Origin: Caecitellus pseudoparvulus
Taxonomy: Eukaryota > Protista > Bigyra: Bicosoecida
Reading direction: 5' to 3'
Length of the DNA stretch: 52,230 nt
NCBI GenBank assembly: GCA_965644315.1
Contig: CBFFRQ010000164.1
Location: forward strand, 1-52,230
A model generated the notes under the pieces. The model searched no databases. It had not been told where the DNA came from and saw only the letters and a program-made list of their open reading frames with translations. Position 1 is the first letter of the stretch. Every line of letters starts with the position of its first letter. The position numbers and the translations under genes are program-made. This document shows positions 39,001 to 45,000 of this stretch, one piece after another.

Positions 39001-42000
39001 GCGGCACGGCGACGTCCAGCGTGAGCGGCACGCCGAGTGTGAGCGGCACGGCGACGTCTAGCGTGAGCGGGACGCCGAGTGTGAGCGGCACGGCGACGTC
39101 CAGCGTGAGCGGCACGCCGAGTGTGAGCGGCACGGCGACGTCCAGCGTGAGTGGGACGCCGAGTGTGAGCGGCACGGCGACGTCCAGCGTGAGCGGGACG
39201 CCGAGTGTGAGCGGCACGGCGACGTCCAGCGTGAGCGGGACGCCGAGTGTGAGCGGCACGGCGACGTCCAGCGTGAGCGGGACGCCGAGTGTGAGCGGCA
39301 CGGCGACGTCCAGCGTGAGCGGCACGCCGAGTGTGAGCGGCACGGCGACGTCCAGCGTGAGCGGCACGCCGAGTGTGAGCGGCACGGCGACGTCCAGCGT
39401 GAGCGGCACGCCGAGTGTGAGCGGCACGGCGACGTCTAGCGTGAGCGGGACGCCGAGTGTGAGCGGCACGGCGACGTCCAGCGTGAGCGGGACGCCGAGT
39501 GTGAGCGGCACGGCGACGTCTAGCGTGAGCGGCACGCCGAGTGTGAGCGGCACGGCGACGTCCAGCGTGAGCGGGACGCCGAGTGTGAGCGGCACGGCGA
39601 CGTCCAGCGTGAGCGGGACGCCGAGTGTGAGCGGCACGGCGACGTCTAGCGTGAGCGGGACGCCGAGTGTGAGCGGCACGGCGACGTCCAGCGTGAGCGG
39701 CACGCCGAGTGTGAGCGGCACGGCGACGTCCAGCGTGAGCGGGACGCCGAGTGTGAGCGGCACGGCGACGTCCAGCGTGAGCGGCACGCCGAGTGTGAGC
39801 GGCACGGCGACGTCTAGCGTGAGCGGCACGCCGAGTGTGAGCGGCACGGCGACGTCCAGCGTGAGCGGCACGCCGAGTGTGAGCGGCACGGCGACGTCCA
39901 GCGTGAGCGGGACGCCGAGTGTGAGCGGCACGGCGACGTCTAGCGTGAGCGGGACGCCGAGTGTGAGCGGCACGGCGACGTCCAGCGTGAGCGGCACGCC
40001 GAGTGTGAGCGGCACGGCGACGTCCAGCGTGAGCGGGACGCCGAGTGTGAGCGGCACGGCGACGTCCAGCGTGAGCGGCACGCCGAGTGTGAGCGGCACG
40101 GCGACGTCCAGCGTGAGCGGCACGCCGAGTGTGAGCGGCACGGCGACGTCCAGCGTGAGCGGGACGCCGAGTGTGAGCGGCACGGCGACGTCCAGCGTGA
40201 GCGGCACGCCGAGTGTGAGCGGCACGGCGACGTCCAGCGTGAGCGGCACGCCGAGTGTGAGCGGCACGGCGACGTCCAGCGTGAGCGGGACGCCGAGTGT
40301 GAGCGGCACGGCGACGTCCAGCGTGAGCGGCACGCCGAGTGTGAGCGGCACGGCGACGTCTAGCGTGAGCGGGACGCCGAGTGTGAGCGGCACGGCGACG
40401 TCCAGCGTGAGCGGCACGCCGAGTGTGAGCGGCACGGCGACGTTCAGCGTGTGCGGCACGCCGAGTGTGAGCGGCACGGCGACGTCTAGCGTGAGCGGGA
40501 CGCCGAGTGTGAGCGGCACGGCGACGTCCAGCGTGAGCGGCACGCCGAGTGTGAGCGGCACGGCGACGTCTAGCGTGAGCGGGACGCCGAGTGTGAGCGG
40601 CACGGCGACGTCCAGCGTGAGCGGGACGCCGAGTGTGAGCGGCACGGCGACGTCCAGCGTGAGTGGGACGCCGAGTGTGAGCGGCACGGCGACGTCCAGC
40701 GTGAGCGGGACGCCGAGTGTGAGCGGCACGGCGACGTCCAGCGTGAGCGGGACGCCGAGTGTGAGCGGCACGGCGACGTCCAGCGTGAGCGGCACGCCGA
40801 GTGTGAGCGGCACGGCGACGTCCAGCGTGAGCGGCACGCCGAGTGTGAGCGGCACGGCGACGTCCAGCGTGAGCGGCACGCCGAGTGTGAGCGGCACGGC
40901 GACGTCCAGCGTGAGCGGCACGCCGAGTGTGAGCGGCACGGCGACGTCTAGCGTGAGCGGGACGCCGAGTGTGAGCGGCACGGCGACGTCCAGCGTGAGC
41001 GGCACGCCGAGTGTGAGCGGCACGGCGACGTCTAGCGTGAGCGGCACGCCGAGTGTGAGCGGCACGGCGACGTCCAGCGTGAGCGGGACGCCGAGTGTGA
41101 GCGGCACGGCGACGTCCAGCGTGAGCGGCACGCCGAGTGTGAGCGGCACGGCGACGTCTAGCGTGAGCGGCACGCCGAGTGTGAGCGGCACGGCGACGTC
41201 CAGCGTGAGCGGCACGCCGAGTGTGAGCGGCACGGCGACGTCCAGCGTGAGCGGGACGCCGAGTGTGAGCGGCACGGCGACGTCCAGCGTGAGCGGCACG
41301 CCGAGTGTGAGCGGCACGGCGACGTCCAGCGTGAGCGGGACGCCGAGTGTGAGCGGCACGGCGACGTCTAGCGTGAGCGGGACGCCGAGTGTGAGCGGCA
41401 CGGCGACGTCCAGCGTGAGCGGCACGCCGAGTGTGAGCGGCACGGCGACGTCCAGCGTGAGCGGCACGCCGAGTGTGAGCGGCACGGCGACGTCCAGCGT
41501 GAGCGGCACGCCGAGTGTGAGCGGCACGGCGACGTCTAGCGTGAGCGGCACGCCGAGTGTGAGCGGCACGGCGACGTCCAGCGTGAGCGGCACGCCGAGT
41601 GTGAGCGGCACGGCGACGTCCAGCGTGAGCGGGACGCCGAGTGTGAGCGGCACGGCGACGTCCAGCGTGAGCGGGACGCCGAGTGTGAGCGGCACGGCGA
41701 CGTCTAGCGTGAGCGGGACGCCGAGTGTGAGCGGCACGGCGACGTCCAGCGTGAGCGGCACGCCGAGTGTGAGCGGCACGGCGACGTCCAGCGTGAGCGG
41801 CACGCCGAGTGTGAGCGGCACGGCGACGTCCAGCGTGAGCGGCACGCCGAGTGTGAGCGGCACGGCGACGTCTAGCGTGAGCGGCACGCCGAGTGTGAGC
41901 GGCACGGCGACGTCCAGCGTGAGCGGCACGCCGAGTGTGAGCGGCACGGCGACGTCCAGCGTGAGCGGGACGCCGAGTGTGAGCGGCACGGCGACGTCTA

Positions 42001-45000
42001 GCGTGAGCGGCACGCCGAGTGTGAGCGGCACGGCGACGTCTAGCGTGAGCGGCACGCCGAGTGTGAGCGGCACGGCGACGTCCAGCGTGAGCGGGACGCC
42101 GAGTGTGAGCGGCACGGCGACGTCCAGCGTGAGCGGGACGCCGAGTGTGAGCGGCACGGCGACGTCCAGCGTGAGCGGGACGCCGAGTGTGAGCGGCACG
42201 GCGACGTCCAGCGTGAGTGGGACGCCGAGTGTGAGCGGCACGGCGACGTCCAGCGTGAGCGGCACGCCCAGTGTGAGCGGCACGGCGACGTCCAGCGTGA
42301 GCGGGACGCCGAGTGTGAGCGGCACGGCGACGTCTAGCGTGAGCGGCACGCCGAGTGTGAGCGGCACGGCGACGTCCAGCGTGAGCGGCACGCCGAGTGT
42401 GAGCGGCACGGCAACGTCCAGCGTGAGCGGGACGCCGAGTGTGAGCGGTACTGTATCGTCAAGTGCCTCCCCGTCGTCAAAAAGTACGTCGGCTCCCTTC
42501 CCACCTGTTTGGTTTGGGTCTTACAGAAGAGTGTTTTTAACTGTAGATCTGAATAGTACATTGGTTGCTCCAGTTTCGGTGCTTGATCCTGATCGTACAA
42601 ATGGCGTTGTGTTGACGAGTACTCTCGTTTTACTTTCCGCGGGTGCTGACAGTGTGTCAGGAACTCCCAAAGTTTCGGTTTCGTGTGTGTTCGATGTGAC
42701 AGGTGAAGGTGATTTGGTGACGAGTGTTTTACCTGAGTGGGCTCCATGTGCGGGTGCTACTTGGTTTGAGCCACTTGTGACCTCAATCGGCAGTGATCGA
42801 TTTCAAGTTCAGGTCATGGTATCGGCGCCGAGCAGTTTAACCTTTCCAGAATTGACCTCGAAAGATTGTTTGTCACCGTTGGAATTTGGGATCGCGCCAA
42901 ATCCTTCTTTCTATGTGCTTCTTGGCGCAAAAGGTGTGACTGGACTTGAGCGCCATTCTCTGATTCCAGTTCGTCTGGACCCACTTCGTTGCTCAGAGGA
43001 TGAGATTTCTTCCCGGACTTCGCCTTCACCCATTGTTCCTGTCCCTCCATCGCCGCGAGGAACACCCCCTCCCACTGTCCTCCCTACTCGACCTGCAGCC
43101 ACAGCTCTTGCGAGTCCGCTTCCGACCCCGACCCGGACCCCTTTGCCAAGTTTATTCCTCAGCGCATCTGATAACCATGTCGAGTTGCTTTGGACTGCAT
43201 CAGAAGCAATCAGCGAAGTTGAAAAAGTGGCCAGTCTCTCTGTATCTGCATCTTCCAGTTTGCTCTGGGAAGCATCAGCGTCTGACGTTCAAGGGCTCAG
43301 GGTGCAATCAGCTTCGACGCTCCATTCCTCTGGCTCGGGCAGGACAGAATTGCTTCAGGTGACATACTCCTTCCCTGGTAGCGGATTTTCAAGCAAGCGT
43401 GGGTCAATTGTTATTTTCGCAACTTCAGCAGTTGGGTATTCTACCCTTGATGTTTCACGAGTCTCACCAGTGTCAATCTCAGTGCTCATCAGAGTTGATT
43501 GGCCTCAGTTGCAGGTGTTTCCGAATCAGTTGTATCTGCATATTCAGCGATCTGCTTTCGAGTCTCAAGAGTGCAGAGTCTCCAACCCGGGCACAGGCAC
43601 TTTGGTGTGGTCAGCTGAAGTACTGTTGGATGCTGACGATGCTGGGGTTGTGTTGTGCTCAGAAGTGTCTTGTACCGTGCCTTCAGCACTACAAGTTCCA
43701 CATGCTCTGGGCACATTCTTGCTAAATTATCGAGTGTCTCGGGTAGAACGCCTTCGGATCTCAGGGGAAACAGCGCCAGGCTCCTTTTCAAGGTTCTTTG
43801 TTGTTGCGGTCCGAGGGCTCAACAGGCGAACACATGGGCGAGTGGTGGTATCGTCTCAGATTTCGCTGCAGCCATCAAGTGTTGTAGAACTTGAAGTGCA
43901 GCAGAGTAGCCTTCAGGCTATTCCTCCAAGGCTGCAACTACGCTGCGGTGGTCGCTCTCGGTGCTTGGGCTCTGTGCGGGTTCGATCGGTGTCAGGCCTT
44001 CCCACAGCTGTATCATACGTCCAGCAAGCTAACGGATCGGCACCTGGACTGGACTCGCGCCTGAGTGTGGTTTCTTCTCTTCCAGCTGTGCTGAGCAGCC
44101 CAAATGAGTTCGTAACTCTGTTCGTTACAGTGCCAAAGGATTCTTTGACGTGCCAGACCTCATGCTCCAGGAATGCTTTGAGCTCTTTCCTGTTGGTCCG
44201 TGCTGTTTCCTCCACACCGAGTGTAACAGACTTCCTTCGTGTTCCTGTTCAAGTTATTCGCGTTCCAAGTCGAGCTCGAGCGAGGTTCTCAACGTTTTCA
44301 CCTCGGCTCGCTGCTCGTTCAAGCACGCTTCTTCGCCGTGCGTTGCAGAGTGAGCAGCTTGAAATGCTTGGGAGTGGTATAGTACCTGTTTTTCCACCGA
44401 GCGTTGACCAGGACACGAAGCTTGTTATTTCCAGGCGAGCAGAAAGTGGTGCTGAGCCAGACCTAGCTAAGACAGGGTCCGTGTCGCTCTTTCTCCTGGC
44501 GAGTGGGCCTCATGCTCAACTCCCATTTGCAGTTTCTGAGGCTCCATCAGCATCAACTTATCAGCAGACGTTTGATTTGGTTTCGTCTTACCCTTCAACT
44601 GGAGTTCTTCATGCAAGCATCGCAGGTGTTCCTGTGGGAGGAAGTGGGGGTTCAAAAGCGAACCTTGCTGCTACTGCGTTGGCACGCTCATGCGATGATG
44701 CCACAGAGGTGCAACAAGGGGTCGAGTGTGTGTGCAAGCAGGGATTCGAGCAAGCAGAGAGGCCGGATGGAAACTCAACAACTCAATGCTCCCCCTGCGA
44801 GGCAGGGCAGTACCGCAGTCAATTGTCTCCGTTGATGGTCTGTGAGCAATGCCCAGCAGGGACGAGGCCGACGGTTGACAGAGCCCATTGCGTCCCTTGC
44901 TTCGACCAGACAGAAGGCGGATCGTGTTCATCTGGTGTTGTAACAGTAGAACACGGATTTTGGTGTGAACTCTGCGTGCTGGATACAGTGTCTTTCTCTT

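Noticed and set aside
30455-42409. 3984-aa minus-strand ORF (PLTLGVPLTLDVAV)n and short CRSHSA ORFs
   Set aside because: Antisense mirror of the mucin repeat. It has no unique flanking domains, whereas the plus frame has a signal peptide and a receptor-like C-terminus.
30501-42449. 42-bp periodic array as CRISPR or non-coding satellite
   Set aside because: No unique spacers, no cas genes, eukaryotic context, and the array is in frame with mostly synonymous variation.
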